Shown: one piece after another, positions 63,518 through 64,000 of the stretch | How the letters are laid out: every line of letters starts with the position of its first letter | How positions within the stretch are numbered: the first letter of the stretch is position 1 | Assembly: GCF_037893015.1 (NCBI RefSeq) | Contig: NC_133661.1 | Span: 187,322,809 to 187,386,808 of the forward strand | Reading direction: 5' to 3' | DNA length: 64,000 nt | Source: Macrotis lagotis | Taxonomy: Eukaryota | Position numbers and translations under genes: made by a program | The notes under the pieces: model-generated | The model's database searches: none | What the model saw: only the letters and a program-made list of their open reading frames with translations | Told to the model about the DNA's origin: nothing

Positions 63518-63657
63518 TTTTTTTTGCAAGGCAGTGGGGTTAAATGACTTGCCCAAGGCCACATAGCTAGGCAATTATTAATTGTGAGTCTGAATTTGAA
63601 CTCATGTCCTCCTGACTCCAGGGCTGATGGTCTATCCAGGGCACCACCCAGCCGTCC
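63518..63657 (-). mobile_element. SINE (antisense). TSD ttcatttca.
   Basis: Poly-T then gcaaggcagtggggttaaatgacttgcccaaggccacatagctaggcaattattaattgtgagtctgaatttgaactcatg... Confidence 0.8.
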
Positions 63658-64000
63658 CTTCATTTCATCTTTGTAACATTTCGTATATATCCCCTTTGCA
63701 CCTATTAATGCCACTATCCTGGTGCAGGTCATATCATGTTGGTCTAGTATCATAATCTGCTGATTGGTCTACCTGCCACAGATCTCTCCCTCCTTTAGTC
63801 TCAACTGCCAAAGTGTTTTTTCTAAAGGGTAGGTCCTTTTGTGCTACTGTTCTACTTAATAAATTCCAGTGGCTTCCTATCATCTCCAAGATTAAATATA
63901 AAATCCTCTAGTGTTCAAAGCCCTTCATCATCTAGCTCCCTTCCCTATGTCCTCAACTTTCAGTCTTTATACTTTAAAGTACTCATCAATCTGATTTAGT

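Overview
This window is vertebrate nuclear DNA, most likely marsupial. It carries many copies of a tRNA-derived SINE whose sense strand runs 'gggcggctaggtggcatagtggat...ccttgcaaaaaa' and which resembles the opossum SINE1/MIR-related families, together with marsupial-type LINE-1 fragments.

Two protein-coding genes lie on the + strand in the same order and orientation as on human 14q11.2:
- CCNB1IP1 (HEI10 E3 ligase) has 3 coding exons at 26234-26530, 39142-39475 and 44229-44431. Phases are 0/1 and the splice sites are canonical GT/AG. The product is 277 aa.
- TTC5 (STRAP) has 10 coding exons from 46393 to 59906, all with canonical splice sites, giving 439 aa. Its start codon sits in a CpG island at about 46035-46690, only about 2 kb downstream of the CCNB1IP1 stop.

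A second CpG island at 24230-24700 lies about 1.5 kb upstream of the CCNB1IP1 ATG exon.

Upstream of that, at 13874-13944 and 16781-16853 on the + strand, are two paralogous C/D-box snoRNA-like elements. Each has a C box ATGATGA, a D box CTGA and a 4-5 bp terminal stem. They share a 12-nt antisense element, gtccgtgtttca, that is complementary to the universally conserved LSU rRNA segment UUGAAACACGGAC (the LR3 primer site). They are probably SNORD126-like intronic snoRNAs of a CCNB1IP1 host transcript.

An intronless HNRNPC retrocopy sits on the - strand at 34647-35738. It has frameshifts and a SINE inserted with a 12-bp TSD, so it is a pseudogene.

The rest of the window is mostly LINE-1 fragments (several 3' ends, one about 6 kb degenerate near-full-length copy), more than 30 SINE copies (many with clear target-site duplications), MIR-like fragments and microsatellites.

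No prokaryotic-style system (CRISPR, operons) is present. The ORF-track ORFs outside the exons are L1 ORF2 remnants or GC-rich or T-depleted artefacts.
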